DNA of 64,000 bases from Tetramitus jugosus (taxonomy: Eukaryota; Protista; Heterolobosea). The notes under the pieces are model-generated. The model saw nothing but the letters and a program-made list of their open reading frames with translations, searched no databases and was not told where the DNA came from. The DNA lies in assembly GCA_937625935.1 (NCBI GenBank), contig OW569353.1, positions 248,001-312,000 on the forward strand, read 5' to 3'. Positions 20,377 through 30,513 of the stretch are shown here, piece after piece. The position numbers and the translations under genes are program-made. How positions within the stretch are numbered: the first letter of the stretch is position 1; each line of letters starts with the position of its first letter.

Positions 20377-22365
20377 ATGGCAAGAGACAAGGACTATGAT
20401 TCAAGTGGAGAAGAAGATGAAGAAGAAGATGTCATCTTGGACTCTCAATTGGCCTCCATAATCTCCTCACTCACCATTGGAGAATTCCCCGATTTGTTGT
20501 CACAACTCAATCTACAGTATGACAATCCACTTCCACCAGAGATTTACCTCCATGTGTTTCACTACTTGGATCAACACCATCTCGTTCATCGCATCTCCGT
20601 CTTGAACAGCACGTTTCGTCGCTTGATCTTTGAAGAAAAATTTTCGCACTTGATTTGGGATTTTCGACTGGTTCGCTTTTCGTCGAGCTCTGCTTGCTTT
20701 TACGCCTGCTGTACCAAGAAAATTTTTGCGCCAAAGCACATTCGAATCAAGAGCTATAGGAGTAGGGATCATTTAATGGGCATTTTAGGTGCTGTGGGAC
20801 ATCGTGTCGAAGAGTTTAGAATCAAAACCATTTCTTCTTCGTTTCATGCGTCGAGTCTCAGTAAGGAGATGGAGCTAGCGAAGTTCCTGGATCAACTTTC
20901 GCTGCCAATGCTGAAAAAGTGCGCATTTTATGAGGTTCATCCGCACGACAAGGAACTAGTGAGGAAGATACTGCTCTCGGCACCTAATTTGATCCATATA
21001 GATTTTATACCCTCGCTAAACTTTCTCATTGGTCATCCGAATTGGTACAATTTTCAAACATTGATTGCCAATCAATTTGAAGCTCAAATGAGCCAATCAT
21101 CCATTCAAAAGCTAACCTTGGAATTGCAACAACTGCGTGTGTTGGACATTCGATCTCGAATCAATTGTGATGTGCTAGAGCAGGCCATGAGTCTGCCCAA
21201 CTTGACAAAAGCGAACATCTATTGTGGAAGATCATTGCGGAAGGCTGAGAATCACTTTATGGATGAATCGATTGGCATTTCGACCAACTTGAAGCGAGTC
21301 AAATTCACAAAATGCAAGAGCATGACGAAATTCCTGGAGAGATGTGGAACCAATTTGACTCATCTGCAATTATTTACCTGTAATCCTGTTGACTCAAGGA
21401 TTCAATTCCAAAACTATTCTAATCTGCTATATTTATCCTCATTCAAATCAATAACCATGTCACAGTTGATTCAAATTGCAACCGGATGTAAAAAGCTGAA
21501 GTGTGTACGATTTAAGCCAGTGTACGACGAACAAACAATGTCTCATACAGACTGGACGTCATTGCTGTTGGCATTGAGTGGAACAGAAACACGTCATTTA
21601 GAATTAAGTCGGATACACTTTGAAAATGACGCAGCGGCAAGTAATACGACAAGCTGGTTCTCTCTCTTGTCGTTGTACCTTCCTCAACTAGTTTCAATCA
21701 TGTTGTCATCGATATCATCTTCGAATACATCACCAAACAATACTCCATATAAACCCATGATGAAACTGAAGAGATATGAAGTGTCCGGAGATGAAAATTT
21801 CAAGTCAGATGTCAATCACCTCAGATTGTTTGAAGCTGCACCCAATCTGGTAAAAGTTATCTTCAAGCAAAGAGATATGTCATTTGAAGAATTAATGAAG
21901 CTTTCCAGAAGTTGTCTCTCTTTGAAGGAGCTCTACATTCAAGGCAGCTTAATCCAGCCCGAAACCAAACCAATCGATTTTCGGTTTTCTTCGTTCGAAA
22001 AGCTCTCCAAAGTGTTTGTAACCATGGATGGAAAGAAGAATACTCTCACCGACGTTCTTCTCACTGCCTTCTGCTTCTATCGGACGCCACATACTTACTT
22101 GACCATAGAAAATCCAAACGAGTTATGGATGCAATCTAGTGGTATGATAAAACGGCAGGAAGAGGTCCTACAGGAACGCCTACGAACTCTAAGCTCTGGT
22201 CTCATTAATCTATTCGACAATCCGAATAATCGAGCTGCCTTGAAGTTTCAGTTTGATGATGCCATCAAGAGGCTAAGTGCTGAACCGAACGCAAAGCCCA
22301 TTTCTGTGATTGAAATGTGTCTTCGTAAGTTAGTTGCTACAAATGAGCAAAGTCAAAGAAAATAA
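20377..22365 (+). CDS. F-box/leucine-rich repeat protein
   Basis: F-box PLPPEIYLHVFHYLD..ISVLNSTFRRL followed by LRR-like repeats. Confidence 0.82.
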   Translation: MARDKDYDSSGEEDEEEDVILDSQLASIISSLTIGEFPDLLSQLNLQYDNPLPPEIYLHVFHYLDQHHLVHRISVLNSTFRRLIFEEKFSHLIWDFRLVRFSSSSACFYACCTKKIFAPKHIRIKSYRSRDHLMGILGAVGHRVEEFRIKTISSSFHASSLSKEMELAKFLDQLSLPMLKKCAFYEVHPHDKELVRKILLSAPNLIHIDFIPSLNFLIGHPNWYNFQTLIANQFEAQMSQSSIQKLTLELQQLRVLDIRSRINCDVLEQAMSLPNLTKANIYCGRSLRKAENHFMDESIGISTNLKRVKFTKCKSMTKFLERCGTNLTHLQLFTCNPVDSRIQFQNYSNLLYLSSFKSITMSQLIQIATGCKKLKCVRFKPVYDEQTMSHTDWTSLLLALSGTETRHLELSRIHFENDAAASNTTSWFSLLSLYLPQLVSIMLSSISSSNTSPNNTPYKPMMKLKRYEVSGDENFKSDVNHLRLFEAAPNLVKVIFKQRDMSFEELMKLSRSCLSLKELYIQGSLIQPETKPIDFRFSSFEKLSKVFVTMDGKKNTLTDVLLTAFCFYRTPHTYLTIENPNELWMQSSGMIKRQEEVLQERLRTLSSGLINLFDNPNNRAALKFQFDDAIKRLSAEPNAKPISVIEMCLRKLVATNEQSQRK

Positions 22366-22367
22366 CA

Positions 22368-23470
22368 ATGGTAAACAAGATACGATCTATTGCTCCGTAT
22401 CGAGGATTTACTCCCGCCCAAGTTTGGCGCCAATTTTCTACAAATTTCAATTTCGTGCTTTGTTCGATCCCAAGCTCTCAGTCACTATTAGCAAAACAAG
22501 CAAGAATGGATCCTGTTCCTTCCAATGGTCTCAATGATACTCCCAGTAATGAACAAACCATGGAGGATGTCATCATATCCATGAAGAATATGAGAAATAT
22601 GGCACTCAAAACAGAGAAGGATTTGGTCCAACTCAAACAAGCCATTGAAATCTATCACGACGCAGCAGAGAACAAACAAGACAAGTTAACAAAGACTGCC
22701 ATCTCGTTTCAGAGCTTCGTGATCAAAGATTACCATTTAGGACTTAGCAAAACAATCGAATATGTAGAGAAAGCTCTCACTCACTGCAGCAACTATGAAC
22801 AAATGCTCGTATGTACTCGCTCCCTTAAGATTCATAACCCAATCATCGATTTGAGACCTCTATATTGACTTGTCTCTCATAGAATGCACAATGGAACATT
22901 CAATTCTTGGCGGATATTGATCGATTCTCAAAGACTTGGAGAAATGAGAGAGACAACACTCAACAACAATACAGTCTCTTAAAGTCCACTCTCAAAAAGC
23001 TAAAGAGGAAAGGAAACCAACACAGACGAACAGAAGAATATGCCAGAGAACTAAGAGAAGCAAAAATTGTACAAAAGCGGATATTCGAAGCTCTGGATGA
23101 GTTGAAGAACATAATGCACAAGTTTGTCCATTCTCAGCTGTTGTATCACTCTCAATGTTTTCAAATATGGACTCAAGTGATGTACAACATAAAAACTCAC
23201 GAGAATTTGAATAAGAAGAATGGAGAGGACGTTCATACATTGCCAGAGAGACAAGCACCTCTAACGAGAGAAGATTATTCGGACAGCGAGGAAGAAGGAC
23301 TTGATGGGGATGGAACACCAACATCACCAAATGATCCTCGAAGAGTGTCTGGTGTACCTCGAACAAACTCGAACCGTCATAATACTTCTTCAGGTACCAA
23401 GTTTCGAGCGGCAGCGCATGCCATTAGGGCAAAGAATAGACTACAAAATAGCGTTCGCAGTGGACAGTGA
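22368..23470 (+). CDS. BAR-domain protein, FAM92/CIBAR-like (2 exons; true start may be ATG 22507)
   Basis: GT-AG intron 22809-22882 joins the two ORFs in frame. Helical coiled-coil; C-terminal helix LDELKNIMHKFVHSQLLYHSQCFQIWT resembles FAM92/BAR helix 3. Confidence 0.6.
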
Positions 23471-23486
23471 TTGTTTTAATTTTTAT

Positions 23487-25571
23487 TTACAGACTCTTGT
23501 TTGCCAAACCAAAAGCCAATACTTTGCCCCCACGATGCCAATAGAGTCGGTTACGACTTTCGATGTACATAAAGTTTCCTTTTGATTTTGCGATAAAGTT
23601 TGTCTTGACAACTCTCATCCTTGTTCTACTAAGGATCTTACCGCTGTCATGTTGACTCCTTGTACTGCTGCTACTGGATCCGTGACTGACAGGAACATCG
23701 TCATTTTCGTCATCTTCATCTGGGAAGAGTCCATGCAAAGGTCTCATTCGAGGGAAGGTGTAACGATTACCAATGACCATTTCCTGTGGCAAAGCCTTCT
23801 TTGCAGGCTTGGTTGATAGTCCAATAACATCATGCATTAGCAAATCACTTGGTACTGGTGCTCCATCGTCTTTGAATGACTCAATAATCAAATAGTGCTG
23901 AGAATCTATATGTTCGATTCGAATAGAGTGATTGTAATCACTTAAATTAAAGTATGCCTTGTCGTGACTCAGTAGAATCTTTGAAGGAGGAACTGCTTCT
24001 CTCAGAATAAAGTTCTTGTTGAATCTCTTGCAGTCTCTGACCACAATAACATTTGTGCTCGCCATTGAACCTCTTCCTGGTGATACACCGGTATTATTGG
24101 ATTGTCTAAAGTGCACATAGGATGAAGTCGTGCTGTTACCTGAAGTTGTAGCAGTTGTTGGATACATGACATACTCCAACTCACCAGCAGAGTTGTACAT
24201 GAGCAACGATCCATTGCAAATGTAGAGTTCCTTATCGTGTAACGACTCTGATCTGAAGGCACCATTCATGAACAAGGAGCATGGCTGGAACACTGGATCC
24301 TTATCGAAAAACAGTAGACATCTCTTATCGCTGCCCTTCTCCTCCTCACTCACATAGATTCCATCACCAACAATATTGTACAATTGACTAGAGATATCAA
24401 TCATGTAGAAATCTGCTTCACAAATCAACTTTTGAACAAAGCTTTGAGTCATTGGATTCGCAAACATTGTTTGATTCGATTGTTGATAAGGGTATGCACC
24501 ATTACTACCACTATTGTTGCCTGGGGAAGCAACTGCCAATGGTATATTCAATTCACCACTTCGAATAAACTCCAAAATAATACCAAAGTAGTCCTTGTTT
24601 CGATCAATAAAGTAGGCTCCAGTCTCATCCTTTACAGTCATTTCTTCATTGCTATCCTGCAGCAATTGAGTGAAGAAATTGGCACTATTGACCAAGTAGG
24701 CATAATCATCCGCTCTGTGCATGGTTTCAATTGAAATATCAGCAACACGATTGTTATTCACACTGTTGCTGCGACTCTTAGTCATCAACTGTTGTTGTTG
24801 ATTATGATGGTTAGATGATGGCCTATCATTTCTATTCTCATCATCACTCGAATCATGTTCATCATCACTCATCACAATGCGCAACGTATTTGCATCAGCA
24901 GTCTGATTCTTGACAACACTATTGTTGTTATTGGTGTTGTTCGTATGGTTGGTTGATGAGGATGATTGAGCTGCATTTGTAAAGTTGAGTGTGCGAGAAG
25001 CCATGTTACCATGAGCGCTGCTGCTGCTGTTCAAGTTTGTAGGTGAAGAGGGTGATCGATTCGCACTACCATAGAGTCTTGGACTGCTTCTAATAGGAAA
25101 GCCATGTGCTACGCTGGTGCTACTGGACGCGTCATCCATCATCTCTGATGCAGATTTGAGGGAATAGAGACGAGAGTTGGACAGTAGAGTGTCTCTGCTT
25201 GTAGCAAAGATGGTGCCTCCAACGTTGAATTGAACAATAGGATTGGCATTGTGTCGGGCTTGTGGTTGCTGTTGCTGTTGTGATTGAGCTTGTTGATGAT
25301 GCTGTGGGGATGATGACTGGTGATGGTGCTGTGAGAGCATGCCCGTAGATGGACCACCCGTTTTTGGCGCCAATTGTTCGGAGATTGTAGGAGAAACAAT
25401 AATGGCGGGAACAACATCTAAATCGAGCTCCGAGTCACATGGATCATCGTTCTCTGTTCTATCATCATCAATATTGTTTGGCATAATGTGAGAATGATTT
25501 GCGAAATGGTTCTGCTTTGGTTCAAAGTAATAGTTATTATTGTTGTGGTTGTTATTGTTGTTGGTGTTCAT
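23487..25571 (-). CDS. KCTD-type BTB/POZ (T1) domain protein with low-complexity insertions
   Basis: Motifs IVQFNVGGTIFATSRDTLL, NFFTQLL..KDETGAYFIDRNKDYFGIILEFIRSG and LICEADFY. Likely start is ATG 25571. Confidence 0.85.
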   Translation of the reverse strand: MNTNNNNNHNNNNYYFEPKQNHFANHSHIMPNNIDDDRTENDDPCDSELDLDVVPAIIVSPTISEQLAPKTGGPSTGMLSQHHHQSSSPQHHQQAQSQQQQQPQARHNANPIVQFNVGGTIFATSRDTLLSNSRLYSLKSASEMMDDASSSTSVAHGFPIRSSPRLYGSANRSPSSPTNLNSSSSAHGNMASRTLNFTNAAQSSSSTNHTNNTNNNNSVVKNQTADANTLRIVMSDDEHDSSDDENRNDRPSSNHHNQQQQLMTKSRSNSVNNNRVADISIETMHRADDYAYLVNSANFFTQLLQDSNEEMTVKDETGAYFIDRNKDYFGIILEFIRSGELNIPLAVASPGNNSGSNGAYPYQQSNQTMFANPMTQSFVQKLICEADFYMIDISSQLYNIVGDGIYVSEEEKGSDKRCLLFFDKDPVFQPCSLFMNGAFRSESLHDKELYICNGSLLMYNSAGELEYVMYPTTATTSGNSTTSSYVHFRQSNNTGVSPGRGSMASTNVIVVRDCKRFNKNFILREAVPPSKILLSHDKAYFNLSDYNHSIRIEHIDSQHYLIIESFKDDGAPVPSDLLMHDVIGLSTKPAKKALPQEMVIGNRYTFPRMRPLHGLFPDEDDENDDVPVSHGSSSSSTRSQHDSGKILSRTRMRVVKTNFIAKSKGNFMYIESRNRLYWHRGGKVLAFGLANKSL

Positions 25572-25954
25572 GTTTGAAAGCTTTTTAAATGCAACTCCTG
25601 AGGGTGCCCACCGGTGTGTCGTTGGTGGTTGGGTATGATGCACAAGGGTGTTTTGATGCAAGTTGTGCTTGTTGATGAAAAACTGAATGTTCTTGTTGTG
25701 TGTTTTGGGACAAGCAGTATTTTTTGAGTGACGTATGACATGGGTATTTGCTGAGGCGTCACGAAAAAGCGTTAAGGGTGGGAAGACCGACTCCTTTTTC
25801 ACGGCGACTTATAGGTCACGGGTGACAAATGTGTCTCTACAGAACAAGAAGGGTAGTGTCGGTTAATTGATGCTTTGCAGCAAGAGATTGATTTACAACA
25901 TGTTGTTTGCGCCCTTTAGAAGCACACACGAGAGAGGGATGGAAGTGGAGTACA

Positions 25955-26697
25955 TTAGAAGAGCGCCAGGCCTTGAACAATCGCAGGATCCTTTTGTGCG
26001 CCTGTCTTATATTCTTGTAAGCTAATCATTCCGTCCTTGTTTGCGTCCATCTCCTTAAAAATCTTATCAACAAGCTTCACAGGCGAATCATACTCTTCTC
26101 CCTGTAAGCTGACCAAATCACCCAACATCCTGTACAGAGCAGTCACAATTTTAACCATCTCCACCTTTGTAATAAAACCGTCATTGTCCAGATCATACAA
26201 CCGAAATGCAAACTCCAATTTCTCTTCTGGGGTGCCTCGAGTCATGATGGACATTCCTCGAATAAATTCATCAAACTGTATACTTCCATCATTGTTCGTA
26301 TCAAATGCATTAAACACCAAACCAGTAATAAACGGATCATTGATGCCCATGAGCTCTGTCAACTGATGAAAATCGTCTCTTGGAATGCAACCAGATGGAA
26401 CTTCTTCAATAAACTGTTTGAACAATTGTTTAATCTCCTTCTTCTCATCTTGATATACATCGATAATGCATATTGCGTCAACGAGTGTTTGTTTGGACAT
26501 TTGAAATCAATTTCCACGTTTGAGCACACAAAAGTTCAAAAAAGTGAAAGTCAACAACAAAACAATAACGAACAGTCAGATGTCAAAGCAATGTCAGGAC
26601 AAGAGGAAGCAACAGACGACTTACAGTGAGATTGTTTCGTCAATTCGTCTAATTGATTCTTATCGAGCTGAAATTTTGAACTGCTTGCTTGTCCCAT
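25955..26697 (-). CDS. NCS1: Neuronal calcium sensor/frequenin family EF-hand protein, N-myristoylated (2 exons)
   Basis: Exons 26697-26625 and 26448-25955 give MGQASSS..SHYEKKEIKQLFKQF..PSG. EF loops DTNNDGSIQFDE, DLDNDGFITKVE and DANKDGMISLQE; C-terminus DPAIVQGL. Confidence 0.9.
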
Positions 26698-27117
26698 TGT
26701 TTGTCTTGTGTGAGGCAGAAATAATGATTGTTTGATTCGTTTTTGTTCTGTTTTTTTCCCCGCCGAACTCTTGTTTGAATCTCTGTTTCTTTTTAGTTTG
26801 GGGTGGGAGGTTGTGCACACATGTTCATCAAGCCTACTGCACAACCTCTACTGATGAAGATCAAGTTGGTTTCATGAACAGGTGGAAATAACTTCAAGTT
26901 GTATTCAGTGTATCTTGTTTCTCGTCATCAGATGTCTCCTCCGGAGCTTCAACGTCAAAAAAGGGTTTGTGGATGATGCGAACTCCACTTCCGATTCCAC
27001 TTGAGCAAACTCCTTCGACAACGCATGTGTGAACATTCAAAAAAAAAGGAAACCACACACAACACGCCCAACACCAACAGTCAGTGCACATTCTTCACAC
27101 AAAAGCAACAAAAAGCA

Positions 27118-28803
27118 ATGGATTTGTGGTTCTATCCAGACGACGAACTCGAAAAGACTGAGAAAATCTCTTGTCAAGTCAAGCAAATATTGGAAGACAA
27201 GAGACGAGAGGAGCAACAACAATGTATATTAGATCATCAATTTGTACTCGATAGTCGACCTAGCTCTCTTCCTCGTTTCTCACCCAGGAGCTCCCATCCC
27301 CACACTCCTATTTCTCCTCATTCTTCCGTCTCAAATACTCCGACTACCGAACTCAACTACGACGAAAATGGAGCAGGTTTTGATGAGGACTATGATCCTG
27401 CATACATTACGAACGCATCACTCAGCAACAATGGTAGCTTCACTGCAACGACGAATCCAATCTTACACAACGCCAGTAATGTTCCAGCGACGATACGGAG
27501 GAGCACAAGTAACTACAGTATAAGTAGTAATATCAGTGCATCGACAACTACCACTAGACGATCAACAAAATCGAAAAGTAAAAAAAACATAAACTGCGAA
27601 CTGGATAATGCACGTCGTGAGGTTCAAAACTTTGAAAATAGGATCAAAGATCGAACGAATTGGGATGAAACAGCTGTTGCTTCACATGAACAAATCAAAC
27701 AAGCAATGCATCTGTTGTCAAGTAGTGATTCACATGATCTCAAGCTCATTTACTCGATTGTTCAAGTACTAGTGGACAGAATCAATGAAAAAGATGACAG
27801 AAACAAGCAATTGGATCAACTTGTTCACAAAATGCTCAGTAACAATCGATATCTGATACAACAGAATCAACATCTCATTTGGCAACAACAGCAACACTAT
27901 CAACAGCAACAGATGCAACAGCAGCAGCTGAGAGAGAAGATTAGAGGTATGAATCGAACAAGGTCTAGCTCTACGTCATTCCATGATGATTCCGTACATG
28001 CCAACGACACGTTTTTGTCATCTTCTCAATCTAATAACAACAATAATAATAACTTTATGAGCAACAATTGTAATAATAATAATAATATGAATAATAGTAT
28101 GCAGAATACTAATATGCATAATAATAATCATAATAATAATCATATTCATCGTGGCAATAATGATGAGTGTTCGCCATATAGTCCCTGCTCTTCACCTCTC
28201 CCACTGTCGCCCTTCCAATTTGCTGATTATGACGGCAGTTCAAATGATCGTATCACGAGTCAAGACAAGGTTTTCCAGACTGGCAATCCTCCCTATGCCA
28301 ATGACGATCATTACTATCCTCATTACTATTATAACGATGCTAACGATGATGATATTTATGATTCTGAACAAGTAAACTATGGTCGTGCTCGGGCAGAGGG
28401 ATCTGTTCAAGAGTTCGACACTGACAACTACTTTGCAGAAGATTTCATGGATGAATATCCTACTGGGTTTGATGAGAAGCTCGATGGTGATGACGATGAG
28501 AAGCACAATGACGAACAGCAAGACAAGGAGAATGGATCATCGAATCATGCACTGTTTGAACTTGATTTCAGTAGTGCCGTTGTGGAAGATTTGGAATACC
28601 TGAAGCGCTACTACGGTGAATACAACAACAATCATCAGCATGACGACTGTTGTTCAAACGATGGGAGTGATGATGGCTCCAATGAAGTGCCCATCGGTTC
28701 CTACGAAGCCATTCTGCACAGGATTGAATCCGTGTACGATGACTACATCAGAAACCAAAAACGAAGAAAGCACAGCAAACAAGGCAAAAGAAGACACAAG
28801 TAA
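27118..28803 (+). CDS. Hypothetical coiled-coil protein with N/Q-rich and acidic low-complexity regions
   Basis: Long open frame with first plausible ATG at 27118; contains poly-Q and poly-N tracts. Confidence 0.7.
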   Translation: MDLWFYPDDELEKTEKISCQVKQILEDKRREEQQQCILDHQFVLDSRPSSLPRFSPRSSHPHTPISPHSSVSNTPTTELNYDENGAGFDEDYDPAYITNASLSNNGSFTATTNPILHNASNVPATIRRSTSNYSISSNISASTTTTRRSTKSKSKKNINCELDNARREVQNFENRIKDRTNWDETAVASHEQIKQAMHLLSSSDSHDLKLIYSIVQVLVDRINEKDDRNKQLDQLVHKMLSNNRYLIQQNQHLIWQQQQHYQQQQMQQQQLREKIRGMNRTRSSSTSFHDDSVHANDTFLSSSQSNNNNNNNFMSNNCNNNNNMNNSMQNTNMHNNNHNNNHIHRGNNDECSPYSPCSSPLPLSPFQFADYDGSSNDRITSQDKVFQTGNPPYANDDHYYPHYYYNDANDDDIYDSEQVNYGRARAEGSVQEFDTDNYFAEDFMDEYPTGFDEKLDGDDDEKHNDEQQDKENGSSNHALFELDFSSAVVEDLEYLKRYYGEYNNNHQHDDCCSNDGSDDGSNEVPIGSYEAILHRIESVYDDYIRNQKRRKHSKQGKRRHK

Positions 28804-28921
28804 AGAAATTTTGTTCTTTTGCTGTTCTGCATTTTCAGCTGTTGTTCTAACCAGATATTTTTAACTCACCACCAGCAACAGCAACAACAACAAACAAAAC
28901 GAAACAAGATCAAAACACAAA

Positions 28922-30476
28922 ATGACAAGATCACGGAGCAACAACCCGACAACAACCAAAGATGATCAACACCGGGGGAAGAACCCTAGTGTGTTGTACA
29001 CGTTTGTTGCGGCACTTTTTATTCGTTTACTCATCACACTCTATTCCACGTGGCATGATCGAAATTGTACGTCTTCTTTGTTTGAGTTTTGCATTGCGGG
29101 TGACGTCATACATTCTTACTCTTGTTTTTTTTTGATACTTTATCGTTAATATTTTTTGTGCAGTTGTTGTAAAGTATACGGATATCGATTATGTTGTATT
29201 TACGGATGCTTCGCGCTTTGTTTCTCAAAACTCAAGTCCCTATTTAAGATCTACCTACAGATACACTCCACTATTGTAAGAATCATCATTGCTTAATGAA
29301 TTTCTGTTTGTTTGGAGCTTAACTGACCACAATGAGTTCATTCATTGCCTGTGTATATATGTTTCCAAAAACAGAGCTTATTTATTGTTGCCCAACATTT
29401 ATCTGTATGAGAACTTTGGCAAGATTTTGTTCAGTTTGAGTGACATTTTGGTTGCTCTCCTCGTGTACAAATTCTTGAATCGAACTGGTCTAAATCGTGA
29501 GAAAGATCAGTCCTTTTACTTAAAAGTTACCTGCTTTTTTGTCCTATTCAACCCAATTACCATCAACACATCTACTAGGGGTAATGCGGATCAATTGGTT
29601 GTGCTTTTGTCGCTGCTATTTGTCTATGCTGTTATATCGGGTTGGAGTGCTCTTTTAGCCGGTTGTTTGTTTGGCTTGGCTGTTCATTTCAAGATTTATC
29701 CAGTGATTTATGGTCCATTAATAATGATTTATTACTATTATAATTGCAATGTCGAGAAAAAGAAGAATGAGAATAATAACAATGATAAGGTTGATGTATC
29801 GGTCACTCAACGATGGAAGAAACAATTCATGTTTTGCATGGGAGGTGGTTTGACTCTGGTTGCTTTTACTGCTCTATTTTATGTGTTATATGGATTTACT
29901 TTCCTGTACGAGTCATACTTGTATCATGTGACACGGTCTGATCATCGACATAACTTTTCAGTCTACTTCTATCAGATGTATTTGAAGAGCTCTCCAGAGG
30001 GTTATTCCATTCCGACACTCTTTGACCGAAGTCTGTCTGTACTTGCCTTTCTACCACAGATTGCCCTCATGTGTATGTTCTACTTAGTTTATTGGTTTCA
30101 GTGTAGTAGGAACAAGACAAATGCTAGATTTATGCAGCAGCAATTGTTTGTCACAATGTTTCTCGTCACATTTGTATTTGTTACATTCAACAAGGTCTGC
30201 ACTGTTCAATACTTCATCTGGTATATGGCTCTTCTGTCCTTTGTTGTTCAGAGAGTTCGAGAGCTGAACAACTTCCAATTTAGCAAAACAAATATAGTTG
30301 CATCAGCTCTATTGGTTGTCACATGGATAGTCGGACAAGGAGTGTGGCTATCGCAAGGTTATGAATTAGAATTCTTGGGCAACCAAGTGTTTATCAACAT
30401 TTGGAGAGCTGGACTTGGCTTCTTCTTGGTGAATATTACCATATTATGTGTTGTTACTGCCAGTACCATGAAATGA
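28922..30476 (+). CDS. PIGM: GPI mannosyltransferase I (3 exons)
   Basis: Exons 28922-29066, 29164-29275 and 29375-30476. Motifs [55 protein letters not shown] and [13 protein letters not shown]. Confidence 0.95.
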
Positions 30477-30513
30477 ACACCAAATAGATTGTCGCAACAA
30501 CACTTGCTTTATT

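Noticed and set aside
28030-28145. AAT/AAC microsatellite-like tracts (also near 3100-3130 and 25530-25565)
   Set aside because: They encode poly-Asn low-complexity segments, which are common in AT-rich protist proteins.
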